The translations under genes were made by a program, and so were the position numbers. From positions 255,276 to 319,275 of the forward strand of contig CAVUQU010000002.1 of the NCBI GenBank assembly GCA_963743755.1: DNA of 64,000 bases. The letters run 5' to 3'. This document shows, piece after piece, positions 11,008 through 22,767 of the stretch. Below the pieces are notes generated by a model. That model worked only from the letters and a program-made list of their open reading frames with translations, searched no databases and was not told where the DNA came from. Numbering within the stretch: position 1 is the first letter of the stretch; the number at the start of each line of letters is the position of its first letter. This DNA is from an uncultured bacterium. Its GTDB lineage: Bacteria; Acidobacteriota; Aminicenantia; Aminicenantales; Saccharicenantaceae.

Positions 11008-13448
11008 ATGAAGATCCCCAGCTTGAAGATCAAGATCCACAAATTCAAGAAGGGCACGGTCCTCCGCACCCTCCTCATCCTGGCGCTGGCCGGCCTGGCC
11101 GTCGGCCTGGGCGCACTTTTCGGCGCCTACATCGCCATCAAGGACAACCTGCCGAACGTCGCCGACATCGACACATTCCGGCCCAAGCTCATCACCACGA
11201 TCTACACCGCCGACGGCCAGCCGCTGCAAGGAGTTCGCCGAGGAGAAGCGCGTCGAGGTCCCGTACAGCCGGCTGCCCCGGTCGCTCGTCGATGCCATCG
11301 TGGCCACCGAGGACCCCAGCTTCTTCCGCCACGGCGGCATCGATCTGCGCGGCATCCTGCGGGCCGTCTGGGCCGACGTGTTCAAGGTCCTGGGCGGCAA
11401 GCGTCCCGAGGGCGGCAGCACCATCACCCAGCAGCTGGCCCGCTCGCTCTTCCTCCACCGCGAGGTCAGCCTCCGCCGCAAGCTCAAGGAGCTCTATCTC
11501 TCGCGCGAGATCGAGAAGCTCTACCCCAAGGAGAAGATCCTCGAGCTCTACTGCAATCACTTCTACCTCGGCCACGGCACCTACGGCGTCCAGGCCGCGT
11601 CCAACCTCTTCTTCGGCAAGGACGTCAAGGACCTCGCCGTCGTCGAAGCCGCCACGATCGCCGGGATCTTCCGCGGGCCGTCGCTCTATTCGCCTTACAC
11701 CAACGCCCAAGGTCACTTTCGATCGCCGCAATCACGTCTTCAACCGGCTGGTCGCCGAGGGCTACCTGACCCGGGCCGAGGGCGACGCCCTCAAGCGGAA
11801 GCCGATGGAGGTCCTGCCCCTGCGGCGGACGAGCGCGGAATTCGGCGCCTACTTCTTCGAGGAGGTCCGCCGTTACCTCGAGAAGAACTACGGCTACGAC
11901 GGCCTCTACCGGGCCGGGCTCAAGGTCTATACGACCCTCGACCCGACCCTCCAGCGCTACGCCGAGCACGCCCTCCGGACGGGCCTGCGCCGGACCGAGA
12001 ACGGGCTGAAAGGCTGGCGCGCGGACAAGCCCAATCTCCTCACGGCCGGGCCCGAGGTCCTCAAGAACCTCGTCGCCTCTCCCCAGGCCGCCCTCGAAGA
12101 GCATTGGCTCCTGAGCTGGGAGAACCAGGCGGTCGAGCCGGACGAGGCCTACGATGCCGTCGTTCTCGAGGCCGCGCGCACCGAGGCGACCGTCCGGATC
12201 AAGAACGCCGTCGGCCGGATGACCGCCAAGGACATCGGCTGGACCAAGGCGAGCCGCCTCGACGCTCTGATCAAGCGGGGCGACGTCATCCAGGTCAACG
12301 TCCTCTCCTACGACGACGCGGCCCGGGAAGCCAAGGTCTCCCTCACGCAGAAGCCGCTCCGCAACGGCGCCTTCATCGCCGTCGATCCCCAGACCGGCCA
12401 GGTCAAGGCCCTCGTCGGCGGCTACGCTTTTCGGGACAGCCAGTTCAACCGGGCCGTCCAGGCGCCCCGCCAGACCGGATCGTCCATCAAGCCCTTCCTC
12501 TACACGGCCTCCATTGAGAACGGCTTCACCCCGGCCAGCCTCATCGCCGACGAACCCGTGACGTTCATCGACCGCTGGGACGGCGAACCCTGGTCGCCCA
12601 AGAACTACGACAGGAAATACAAGGGCATGATCACGGTCCGGGCGGGCCTCGAACAGTCCCGCAACGTCGTGACAGCCAAGCTCCTGGATTTCATCTCGCC
12701 CCAGGTCGGCGTCGACTACTGCCGCCGCTTCGGCATCACGTCGCCGCTCAACCCCTACCTGTCCCTCAGCCTGGGGACCTTCGAGGTCACCCTGCTCGAG
12801 ATGGTCTCGGCTTTCTCGACCTATCCCAACAAGGGCGTCCGGTTCCAGCCCTATTTCATCACCCGCATCGAGGACAAGGACGGCAACGTCCTCGAGGAGA
12901 CAAGGGTCGAATCGCAGGAGGTCGTCTCGCCCCAGACCGCCTACATGATGACCTACCTGATGCGCGGGGTCGTCGAGTCGGAGGGCGGGACGGCGGGTGC
13001 CGTGTCGGTCCTCGGCTGGCCGCTGGCCGGCAAGACGGGGACGACCGACGATTATTCGGACGCCTGGTTCATCGGCTTCTCTCCCGAGCTCTGCGCGGGC
13101 GTCTGGGTCGGCCACGACCTGCCCATACCCCTCGGGGAGCGTCAGACGGGAGCAGCGGCGGCCCTGCCCATCTGGCAGAACTTCTTCACCCGGGTCATCG
13201 AGGACGCCAAGAAAGCGGCCGCGGACGAGGGCATCGTCGACTTCCTGCCACCGGATTTCGAGGTCCCGCCGAACCTCGTCTTCGTCGAGATCGATAAGAA
13301 GACGGGCCTCCTGGCTACGCCCGCCTGCCAATTCCCGTTCCGCGAGGTCTTCTTCCCCGGAACGGAACCCGCCCGCTTCTGCACGCTCGCCGACCATCTC
13401 CGCGTGCTCGATTACTACGCGAGCGAAAAAGCGGACGAGGACCATTGA
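11008..13448 (+). CDS. mrcA: class A penicillin-binding protein 1A (transglycosylase/transpeptidase); two frameshifts in this assembly
   Basis: TM anchor, GT51 motifs EDPSFFRHGGID and GGSTITQQL, transpeptidase motifs TGSSIKP, SRN and KTGTT. The reading frame switches near 11228 and near 11708 (ORFs 11008..11769, 11300..12517, 11292..13448). Confidence 0.85.
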
Positions 13449-13452
13449 GTGT

Positions 13453-14199
13453 CTATTCGCGAGATGATCGGCTAAGAACGAAGATCATCCAAGGGGCTAT
13501 CTGCGTTTCTGAAACCCAACGGTAGGATTCCTCTTTGTAGCCTAATGGTTTATAAACGGCTTCCACTTCCAATCCAGACAAGGCGAACAATTTGTGATAA
13601 TCTGCGACGGTCCAAAATATATCGTCTACCGGCCTGCGATCTTCGACATCGAGCATGATATCCCGCACGATATCGCCTGTTTTCGCGTTCCAGTTATCGG
13701 AGAAGTCCTTGGTCGAGAACGACGCCCATTCATTGATATAGAGTTCCGGGGTTGAATCGAGGCAAATCAACCTCCCCGTCGGCTTCAACAGATCCCGAAG
13801 TCCGATCAGGATGTTCGTTCTGTTCTCCCAGCCCGGAATGTTGTCAAAAGTAAAAACCGATTGCACCAGGTCGAATTCGCCGGTCCCGAGATGGCCGTAT
13901 TGGCCGTTAGCGACGGCTTGGTAATCACCTGATCTATCGAGATCTCTGGCGATCTTCAGCATATCGTTGGATATATCGATTCCGATCACATGGAATCCCA
14001 ATTGCCTCAAGAACCGTGTTGATCTTCCCGTCCCGCACCCGAAATCTATGGCCTTGTTGCCTGACACATGGGCGGCAATAATATTGGGAAGGTCACGGTA
14101 CGCCAGATAATAGGTATTCGGAAATTCGAGCTTGGAATATGATTCTGCGCGAATACGGTTTCCCCAGGAGTTTTCAAATGAAGGATCATGTTCTGTCAT
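13453..14199 (-). CDS. class I SAM-dependent methyltransferase (low-GC insertion)
   Basis: Motif I IDFGCGTGRSTRFL. The gene body is about 47% GC against about 67% in the flanking mrcA. The start is ATG at 14199 (MTEHD) or the upstream ATG at 14259. Confidence 0.7.
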   Translation of the reverse strand: MTEHDPSFENSWGNRIRAESYSKLEFPNTYYLAYRDLPNIIAAHVSGNKAIDFGCGTGRSTRFLRQLGFHVIGIDISNDMLKIARDLDRSGDYQAVANGQYGHLGTGEFDLVQSVFTFDNIPGWENRTNILIGLRDLLKPTGRLICLDSTPELYINEWASFSTKDFSDNWNAKTGDIVRDIMLDVEDRRPVDDIFWTVADYHKLFALSGLEVEAVYKPLGYKEESYRWVSETQIAPWMIFVLSRSSRE

Positions 14200-14328
14200 G
14201 AGTGGGGAGCGTTCCTGGCGGATATCTCCCGTCCCGGGCTTGGGATCAGCCCTTGCCATCGAGAAACGAGGTTAGCCCGGCCGCGGGAAGAAGTCAATAA
14301 CAAGAAGCGGAGTGTGGCTGGGAAGAGC

Positions 14329-14376
14329 AAAAAAATGGGGCGCCCTTCCCAAACCGGCCGACGGGAAGGACGCCCC
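14329..14376 (-). terminator. rho-independent terminator (14-bp GC stem, 12-nt loop, T7 tail on the minus strand)
   Basis: Plus strand: GGGGCGCCCTTCCC-aaaccggccgac-GGGAAGGACGCCCC with one mismatch. On the minus strand the stem is followed by ATTTTTTTGC, 18 nt after an in-frame stop at 14394. Confidence 0.5.
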
Positions 14377-14393
14377 CCGATGGAAAGGGGTTG

Positions 14394-15150
14394 CTATTTC
14401 TTGTGGGCGCTGCCGCCTGAACTCCCCCGCGAGCCGCCCGAGGACGATCCGCGGGACGCGGAGCCTGAAGAACCTGCCCGAAGAAGATGAGCCGCGCGAA
14501 GCGCCGCCCGACGATCTTCCCGAAGAGGACGAGCCCGCGCGGGCGCCGCTCGACCGGCCTGACGAAGGCCGGGAAACGGTGCCGCTCGAACGACCCGAAG
14601 AGGGCCTCGAGTACGTGCCGCCCGACGACGTGCGGGAGGCGGGGCCCGAATAGCTTCCGGACCGGGCCCGGCCGCCGTCACCGTAGGACGTCGCCGGCCG
14701 CCGGATCGTCGGGGACGAGGGATAGCCGTTGGCCGTCCTCGTCGAGCCCACGCGCGGGCTCGTCCCGGCGACCGACGGATCGCTCTTGTATCCGACCGAC
14801 GAGCTCTCGGCCGTCGCCGGCTCGCCGTCCTTCTTGCGGATGTTGCGGCCGCTCGTGCTCGTCGGCTTGGCCGTGCCGGCCTTCTCGCCCCGTTCGCCGC
14901 TCTTGACACTGGGCTTGGCCGCAGTGCCGCCCTTCGTGCCTTGCGTCCCCGTCGGGGCGTCGGGCTTGCGGATCGCCCGGGGGCCCGTCGAGGTCGCCGA
15001 CCCGGAACCGGTCCGGCGGTCGATCCGCGCGTCCCGCTCGAGCCCGGTCGCCCGGTCGTTGCGGAGCATGACCCGCCCGCCGTCGAGAGGCTGGACGGAG
15101 ATCTTCGTGCCCGCGGGCCGGACGTTGGGGCTCTGGTTCGCCAGGTTCAT
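14394..15150 (-). CDS. Ser/Gly/Arg/Thr-rich low-complexity (probably disordered) protein; C-terminal frame uncertain
   Basis: ORF 14272..15150(-) has SRPSSGRSSG-type repeats. The alternative frame ending at 14394 (..GSSGGSAHKK) sits immediately upstream of the terminator hairpin, so a frameshift near the 3' end is likely. The frame also stays open upstream of the ATG at 15150 back to the stop of the preceding gene. Confidence 0.35.
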
Positions 15151-15250
15151 CTTGTTCAGGCTCTTGAGCGAGTCGCCGCGGAGGGCGTTGGCGGCGATGT
15201 GGGGGTCCTTGAGCCCGTCGCGGCGGACGACGGTCAGCGCGCGCGATCCG

Positions 15251-16343
15251 TTAGGGGTAGTAGCCGCCGTAGTAGTGGCCGTAGTACATGCCGCCCATCA
15301 GCACGCCGGGGTAGCCCCAGTAGCTGAGCGGCGCCCAGCCGAAGTACATGTCATCCCACCACCAGTTGACCCAGGCCGGGCCCCACATGTTCATGGGGAT
15401 CCAGTACCAGCCCATGTCGACGCCCCAGTGCCAGCGGCCGTAATGGAAGGTCGACCAGCCCCAGGGTTCGTAGGGCCACCAGGTCCACCCGGAGAGGGGC
15501 AGCCAGGTCCAGCGGCCGTTGTAGTAGGGCCGCCAGTCGTCGTCGATCCCGCCGGGGACCCAGACGTTGCCGTAGGGGGCGAGGTACGTCCACTCGCCGT
15601 ACTCGTCGAGCTCGCCCTCGTAATCGGAGAGCTCCTCGGGAAGGTTCGTCTTGGCGAACTGCCGCCCGGTGACGGAGGTCCGCGATTCGTTGAACTTGTC
15701 GAAGCCGTCGTTGGCCACGGCGATGAACGAGGCCGGCTTCGAGGCGAAGCGGCCCTCGGCGATCTCGAGTCTCTGTCCGGCCTTGAGGAGCGGTCGAGCC
15801 CTCTTCGCCGGCGGCCTCGACGAGGCCCTGGTAGACCTGGATCTCGGTCTCCTGGTTCTCCCTGACGTCGACGCGGTAGACGCCGCGGTCGAGGACGTAG
15901 AAGGAGGTGTCGGCGGTGTGGAGCTCGATGCCCTTTTCCTTCTTCAGGGAGCCGACGACGAGGTAGATGTGACCCGACCAGATGCGGATGCGGGCGATGT
16001 CGTCGTCCTTCTTGGGCAGGTTGAGGATGTCGATCTTGGTGTCGTTGTCGAGCCGGATGTAGTTGCCCTTGCCGAAGTGGACCTCGGACCGGCCGTCGGC
16101 GGTGCCGATCCGGTCGCCTTCGCTGATGGGCATGTTGAGCGCGCCTTCCTCGTAGCCGAGGTCGGAAGCCCTCTGGACGAAGGCCTTGCCCTCGACGAAA
16201 CTCAGGCGGGCGACGGATTCGTTGGTATATTTCGCGTCCTTGACCTCCTGAGTGGTCTGCGGGCTCGGGGCCTGAGCCTCCTGGGCGTAGGCGCCAGCCG
16301 CAATCAGGAAGAGCGAAGCCGCGATGATGAGTGTCTTCTTCAT
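15251..16343 (-). CDS. secreted FecR-domain protein with Trp/Tyr/Gly-rich C-terminal region; one frameshift in this assembly
   Basis: Signal peptide MKKTLIIAASLFLIAAGAYA, then FecR-like ISEGDRIGTADGRSEVHFGKGNYIRLDNDTKIDI...LLKAGQRLEI. The frame switches near 15795 into the W-rich tail (WTWWPYEPWGWSTFHYGRWHWG...YYGGYYP), joining ORFs 15351..16343 and 15251..15718. Confidence 0.6.
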
Positions 16344-16478
16344 TGTCCTTCTCCTAGTCCGCTTTTTCTTATTGCAAGAACTATGCCAATGCCCCTGCCT
16401 GATATCAGGGGGGAAAAGGGGCTCTTTTGTCCTAAATAGGGGACGCCCAGGAGCAGCGGCTCAAAAAATGGGGACGTT

Positions 16479-17538
16479 TTAGGCGGGGATGGCCCACTTC
16501 TTGCGGAAGATCCGAAGGGTTTCTACGAGCTCGAACGGGAGGGAATTCGAGACGGGATGGCCCCCGGAGGGAGTCGCCTCGCTTGGCTCCGAAGGCCGGC
16601 CGTCACTCCCGTCGAGAGCCCTTAGCACCTGCCGGACGCCTTCCCGCAGGGCCGTGAGATCGTACCCGCCTTCGAGGACCATGGCCAGCCGTCCGCCGGC
16701 CGTCTGCGAGGCCATGGCCATGAGGGAGGCCGTCAGGAGCCCGAATCCGGCGGACGTGACCTCCATCGCTCCGAGGGGATCTCCGGCGGCGATGTCGAAG
16801 CCGATGCTCGCCAGGATGAACTCCGGTCGGTACTCCGCCGCGACGGGGGCCAGGACCTTCTCGAAGATGTGGAGGAAATCCGCGTCGCCCTTGCCGGCGA
16901 GGAGCGGCACGTTCAGGTTGTAGCCGAAGCCTTCGCCGCGGCCGAAGAAGCGGGCGGCCCCGGTGCCGGGGAAGAGGGGGATCTGGTGGGTCGAGAAGTA
17001 GAGGACGTCGGCGCGGTCGTAGAAGGCCTGCTCCGTGCCGTTGCCGTGGTGGAGGTCCCAATCGACGACGAGGATCCGCTTCAGGCCGCGCTTCCTGGAC
17101 GAGGTGCTCGGCGGCGATCGCGGCGTTGTTGAAGAAGCAGAAGCCCATGGCCCGCGAGGCCTCGGCGTGGTGGCCGGGCGGGCGGACGAGGGCGAGGGCG
17201 TTGCGGGCGGTCCCGTCCATGACGCGGTCGACCGACTCGAGGAAGCCGCCGGCGGCGAGAAGCGCCGTCTCCCACGTCTTCGGGCCGGCGACCGTGTCGC
17301 CGTCCATGGGCACGGTCTGGCCCGCGGTCGACCGGATGAGGTCGATGTAGCCGCGCTCGTGGACGTAGGCCAGCTCGTCGTCGGTCGCGGCGCGGGGCTC
17401 GATGGAGAGATAGGGGACAGGCGGATCGTCGGCGAGCATCCGTTCGAGGACTTCGATGCGGGCCGGCGACTCGACGTGCCAGGCGCCCATGTCGTGGTCC
17501 CGGTAGCGCCGGTCGATGAGCACGCCGGTATTCATCAT
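16479..17538 (-). CDS. histone deacetylase-family protein (AcuC/HDAC-like); frameshift in this assembly
   Basis: RPPGHHAE...GFCFFNN and DWDLHHGNGTEQ motifs (the latter in the shifted frame). The frame switches near 17090, joining ORFs 16603..17538 and 16479..16910 extended upstream. Confidence 0.85.
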
Positions 17539-19011
17539 TTGCGTTCTTGGGGAAGAAGCGCTCCAGCTCCTCGGGCTGCGGTTTGGGCGTCAGCAGGCTG
17601 ACGATGACCAGGGCGCCGAGCGAGGCGATGAGCGACGGGTAGATGATCGGGATGCCCCAGGGATCGCCGTCGGGCGCCGGGACTGCCGGGGATCTTCGAC
17701 AGGACGAAGAAGACGAGGCAGACGACCGTCCCGGAGATGATCGAGGCCAGGCCGCCGGCCTTGGTCACCCGCTTCCAGGCCAGCGCGGCGATGAGCGCCG
17801 GGGTGATGGCGACGCCGTAGATCGTGTAGGCGAAGAAGCTCATCTCGAGGACGCGACTTGAGCTGGGTCGCGAGCAGGAAGGCCACGACGCCGATGGCGA
17901 CGATGAGGACCTTCTGCAGGGCGACCATCTTCTTCGGGATCGGCGTCCTTCTTCATGAAGCGCTGGTAGATGTCGCGCATGATGGTCGTCGACGGCGAGA
18001 GGAGGTAGTTCATGCCGGTCGAGATGACCACGGCGCAGGCCGCGCCGAGCAGGAGCACGCCGACGGGCATGGGCACGAGCTGCTTGGCCGCCATCAGGAC
18101 GACCTTGCCGCCCGCCTTGGGCACGCTCAGGTCGATCTGGCCCTGGAGCTTGCTGTAGGCGAAGACGGCGATGACGACGACGATCGTCTCGACGAAGATC
18201 GTCCCGACCGTCCACCAGGCCACGGCCTTCTTGGCGTCCTTGCCCGACTTGGCGCTGTAGAATTTCTGGTACATGCTCTGGACGCCGAGCAGCAGGAACA
18301 TCGTCGACAGGAAATACCCGATGGCCTTGAGCCACGGATGGACGCCGAACTGGCTGTTGACCACCGCGAAGTAGCCCGGGTCGAGCGCGGCCTTGGCCGC
18401 CGGCAGGCCGCCCGCGGCGGCGACGACGAAGGGCACGGCCAGCAGGCAGGCCAGGACGATGATGATGCCGTTCGGCAGGTCCGTGTAGGCGATGGCCACC
18501 ATGCCGCCGAGGGCCGTGAAGAGGATGACGAAGGCGGCGGCGATGAAGCGTGCCCGTCGCCTCCGAGATCTTGCCGTCGGTGATGACGTTGAGGATGAAG
18601 CCGCCGGCGACGAACTGGTAGGAGACGATGGACGACGAAGGACAGGATCAGGGCGACGGCCCCGAAGAGCCGCGCCGCCGGTCCGTAGCGGACCTCGAGG
18701 ACGTCCCCGACCGTGTACTGCCCGAAGGTGTGGATCTTGGCGGCCAGGAAGTAGATCAGGATGATCCCGACCCAGGCGCCCGCGGCCAGCCACAGGGCCG
18801 AGAAGCCGGCCTTCGAGGCGAACTCCGCGCCGCTGATGAAGGTCCCGGACCCGATCCAGGTGCAGATCAGGGTGAAGACCATGACCTGCCACTTGAGGCT
18901 CCGTCCGGCGACCATGAACTGCTCCTGGCTCTTGATCCGCCGCGAGCGGACGAAGTTGAGGACCGTCAGCGCGACGAGGTAGGCGAGGATGATGATGACG
19001 TAGATCGACAT
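17535..19011 (-). CDS. sodium:solute symporter (SSF family); about 3 frameshifts in this assembly
   Basis: Twelve or more TM helices are distributed over ORFs 18127..19011, 17840..18892 and 17535..18335, with the SSF-type GGMVAIAYTD and KAIGYFLSTMFLLLGVQSMYQKF. The stop overlaps the HDAC start (ATGATGA). Confidence 0.75.
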
Positions 19012-19042
19012 GCCGCCCTCCTATCGGCCGGGGTGACCGGCG

Positions 19043-22000
19043 CTATTCCGCTGCCGGAACGGGCGCCGGCTCGCCGCCGCCCTTCCGTTCGAGCTTCACC
19101 GAAAGGAGCCGGGTCATGTTGGGCTCGGCCATGGTCGTGCCGTAGATGTAGTCGGCGACTTCCATCGTCTTGTAGTTGTGGGTGATGAGGATGAACTGGG
19201 TCTGGTGCTTGATGGTCTTCAGGAGATCGAGGAAGCGGGACAGGTTGACGTCGTCGAGGGCCGCGTCGACCTCGTCCAGGAAGCAGAAGGGCGAGGGTCG
19301 GTAGCGGAACAGGGCGAACAGGAAGGCCAGGCTCGTCAGCGACTTCTCGCCGCCCGAAAGCAGCGAGAGGTTCTGGACGCGCTTGCCCGGCGGCTGGGCG
19401 ATGATCTCGACGCCGCTCTCGAGCGGGTTGTCCGGCTCGAGGAGCTTCACTTCGGCGTTGCCGCCCTTGAAGAGGGCCGTGAAGAGGTCCAGGAAGTTCT
19501 TGTTGACCTCCTCCAGGGCCTTCAGGAACTGCGTCTTGCTCTCCTCGTCGATCTTGCGGATGGCCTCTTCGGTCGCGTTGATGGAGTCCCGCAGGTCCTG
19601 GCGCTGCTGGGTCAGGAACTCGAAGCGCTGCTTCTGCTCGATGTACTCCTCTTCGGCCATCAGGTTGACGGCCTTGAAGCGGTTGATCGACTCCCGCGAC
19701 TCATCGAGCTCCTTCTCGACGTCCTCGTCGGTCATCTCCGCGAGAGGGCGCCATTTCTTGACCAGGCGCCGCGGCTTGGGCGCTTCCGCGGCAGCCTCGG
19801 GGCCCGCGGCCTCTGCGCCGGCATCTCCGCCGGCCTCGCTGCCGGCTTCGCCGGCTCCCGCCTCTTCCTCGGCCTCCTCTTCGACCTCGGCTTCGGCCTC
19901 GGTTTCGGGCTCCTCGGCGGGCGTGGGCCCCGCGGCCTGCGCGGCTTCTCCGGCTTCCCGGGATTCCGCCCGAAGCTCGGCCAGCGTCTTCTTGAGCTCC
20001 TGCCAACACATCTCGTCGAGATTGACCAGGTCGCGCTCGACTTCGGCCTTGCGGATCTCGTGGCGCATCCGCTCGTCCTTGGCGGCTTCCTCCGCCTGCC
20101 GGCATGTCCCGACTGAAGACTCGAGGTCCTCGAGCGACTTGCGGGCGGCTTCGAGCCCCGCTTCCGTGCCCTCCAGGCCGGTCTCGGCCTCGAGGCGCTC
20201 GCGGCCGAGTGACTCGGCGGCCTCCCGGAGCTTCGCGATCTCCTCCCGGAGGCGCGTCTTGTCCTCTTCGTTCTTGCGGGCGTCGGCCTCGAGCAGCTCG
20301 ATCTTGGCCGTGGCCGCCTCTTTCCGCTTTTCCGTGGCCCGGAGCCGTTCGCCGAGCCCGTTGATCTTCTCCTGGACGAGGTCGAGCCCGGACCGGGTCT
20401 CGAAGAAGCGGCGCTCGAGCTCGGCCGCGCGGGCGACGAGCTCGGCCTGGACCCGCTCCTTTCCGTCGAGCGCGTCCTTGAGCGACCGGGCTTCGTTGTC
20501 GTGGGCGGCGAGGCTTTCGCCGGCCCCGCGGAGGGACTCGTCGAGGCGCACCTTCTCGCCGCGCAGGTTCTCGAGCTCGCGTCCCAGGATCGTCTGGGTC
20601 ATCCGGATCTTTTCGCCGTCGCCGAGGCCGTAGCGGTGTTCGCGTTCCCGGTCCTGGATCACACGTTCGGTCCGGTCGAGCTCGTCCCGGACGCCGAAGA
20701 GCTCGGCCTCGAGGGTCTCGATGCCCTTCGCCTTCTCTTCGATCTCGGCGGCGAGGGGCGCCGACTCGGATTCCGCGCGGGCGATCTCGGCCTCGAGCCG
20801 GCGCATCTCCGCGGCCAGGGCGACGACGCCCTCGGCCTTCTGTCCGACCTTCATCAGGCCCGACGCGAGGAGCAGGTCTCCCGAAGGCGTCAGGAAGTTC
20901 AGCTCGGGATGCTCCAGCCAGATCTTGACGGCGTCGCCGACGTTCGCGACGATGACGGCGTCCTCGAGCCCGGCCAGGCGGTCCCGGAGCTTCTCGTCGG
21001 GCTCGATCAGGCTCTTGAGCTGTCCGACGACGCCGGGCCGCGACAGGACGTCGGCCGGGATGGCCGGCCTGGCGGCGGCCGGAACGAGCGTGTAACTGCC
21101 CCGGAGGCCTTCCGGTACGCCGCCGAGGAACTCCTCGGCCGGGACGACCCGCGACCGGGCCCCTTCCCGCCAGAATGCGTCGAAGAGGCGGGCGTTCTCC
21201 GGGCTCGTCCGGATGAGGTCGGCCAGTATGCCGAGCCCGCCGGGCACGTCGTCGGCCCGGCTCTCCTCGCGGCCCTTCTCGTCGATCTTCCGCAGGGCCT
21301 GGAGGTGATAGGCGGATTCGTCGCGCTGGGACTTCAGGGCCTCGAGCCGGCGGCGGGCCTCGTCGGCGGACGCGCGCGCCGTCGCCGAGGGCCGTCTTGA
21401 TGTCCTCGGCCCGGCTGACGAAGTCCTGCCGCAGAGCGCGCTCGTCCGGCGATGTCGTTCAGCATGGCGGCCAGGCGGCCCGCGTTCTCGAGCAGGAACC
21501 CGTCCTGCTCGCCCAGCTGGGCCGAAAGCTTCTCTTCCTGGCGGAGGAGCAGTTCGAGCTCCTTGTCGGTCTTGACGCTTTCGTTCTTGGTCTCGGTCAG
21601 GGCCTGCAGGGCCTGGAAGTAGCCCTCGCGCAGGCGATCGATCTCCTGGGCGCCGGCAAGGCGCGCCTGCCGGGCTTCGTCGAGTCCGGACTCGGCCCCG
21701 GCGACTTCGGTCCGCTTGGCGCCGAGCTCTTCCTCGAATCCCGAGAGACGGGCCTTGTGATCTTCGATCTCACGGGTCAGGAGGAGGACGTCCTCGAGGA
21801 GCTCGTCGCGGTCGGCCTCGGCGCGCTTCTTCGTCTCCTCGAAATACTCGACCCGTTTGGTCTCGCGCTCGATGTCGCTCTCGACACGGGCGGCCTGGGA
21901 TCTGAGGGCGAAGAGCTTCTCCTGGCCTTCCTTGAGCGCTTTTTCCCGGTCCCAAAGGTCCTTGCGGCGGGCGGCGGCGTCCTTTTCCCCTTCGCGCAGG

Positions 22001-22767
22001 CGCGCCGTGGCCTCGTTCTCGCGGAGGAGGCTCTCTTCGTGGAGCCCCGAGGCCTCCTGCCGGGTCTTTTCGAGGACGACGAGCTTCCTCTGGTAGTGGT
22101 GGGAGGTCAGCTCGCGGACGCGCTCGCGCAGGCGCCGGTAGCGGTTGGCCGCCTGGGCCTGGCGCTGGAGGGAGTTCTTGGCCTTCTCGACCTCGATGAT
22201 GATGTCCTCGAGCCGGATGAGGTTCTGCTCGGTGCTGTCGAGCTTCGACTGGGCCTGGCGCTTCTTGTCCTTGTAGTAGGCCGTGCCCGCGGCCTCCTCG
22301 ATGAACGTCCGCTTCTCGGTCGGCTTGGAGGTGACGAAGTTGCCTATCGCCCCCTGCTCGATGACGAAGTATTCGGAGCCGCCGATGGCGTGTTTCCAGA
22401 GCTCGTCCTGGATGTCCTTGAGGCGGACGGTCTTGCCGTTCATCCGGTATTCGCTCTCGCCGGAGCGGAAGGCCCGGTGGGAGACGGCCAACTCCTGGTC
22501 GTCCCCGGTCAAGGTCAGGACGGAGTCGGCCATGCTGAGGGCGGGCCGCTTGGCGTTGCCGGAGAAGATGACCTCGTCGGCCCGATCGCCGCGGACGGTC
22601 TTCTGGCGGTGCCCGCCGAGGGACCAGAGCATGGCGTCGACGAGGTTGCTCTTGCCCGTGCCGTTGGGGCCGACGATGGCGGTGATGCCGGGGTGGAAGA
22701 CGATCTTGGTCCGCTCGGCGAAGGACTTGAATCCCTGCAATTCGAGCTTCTTGATGATCATGCTCAT
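19043..22767 (-). CDS. smc: chromosome segregation protein SMC; frameshift(s) near 21.25-21.47 kb
   Basis: N-terminal MSMIIKKLELQGFKSF..GPNGTGKSN Walker A from ATG 22767, long coiled coils, and a C-terminal LSGGEKSLTSLAFLFALF signature with Walker B FCFLDEVDAALD. It is split into ORFs 21334..23001 and 19043..21247. Confidence 0.9.

Noticed and set aside
14312-14653. 113-aa acidic PEEDEP-repeat ORF on the plus strand
   Set aside because: It is antisense to the S/G/R-rich ORF. The minus strand has the stop codon followed by a canonical hairpin plus T7 terminator, and the plus ORF has no SD and would start inside that terminator.
19383-20633. 416-aa Ser/Arg-rich plus-strand ORF
   Set aside because: It is antisense to smc coiled-coil coding sequence, and its low-complexity composition reflects the GAG/GCC-rich sense strand.
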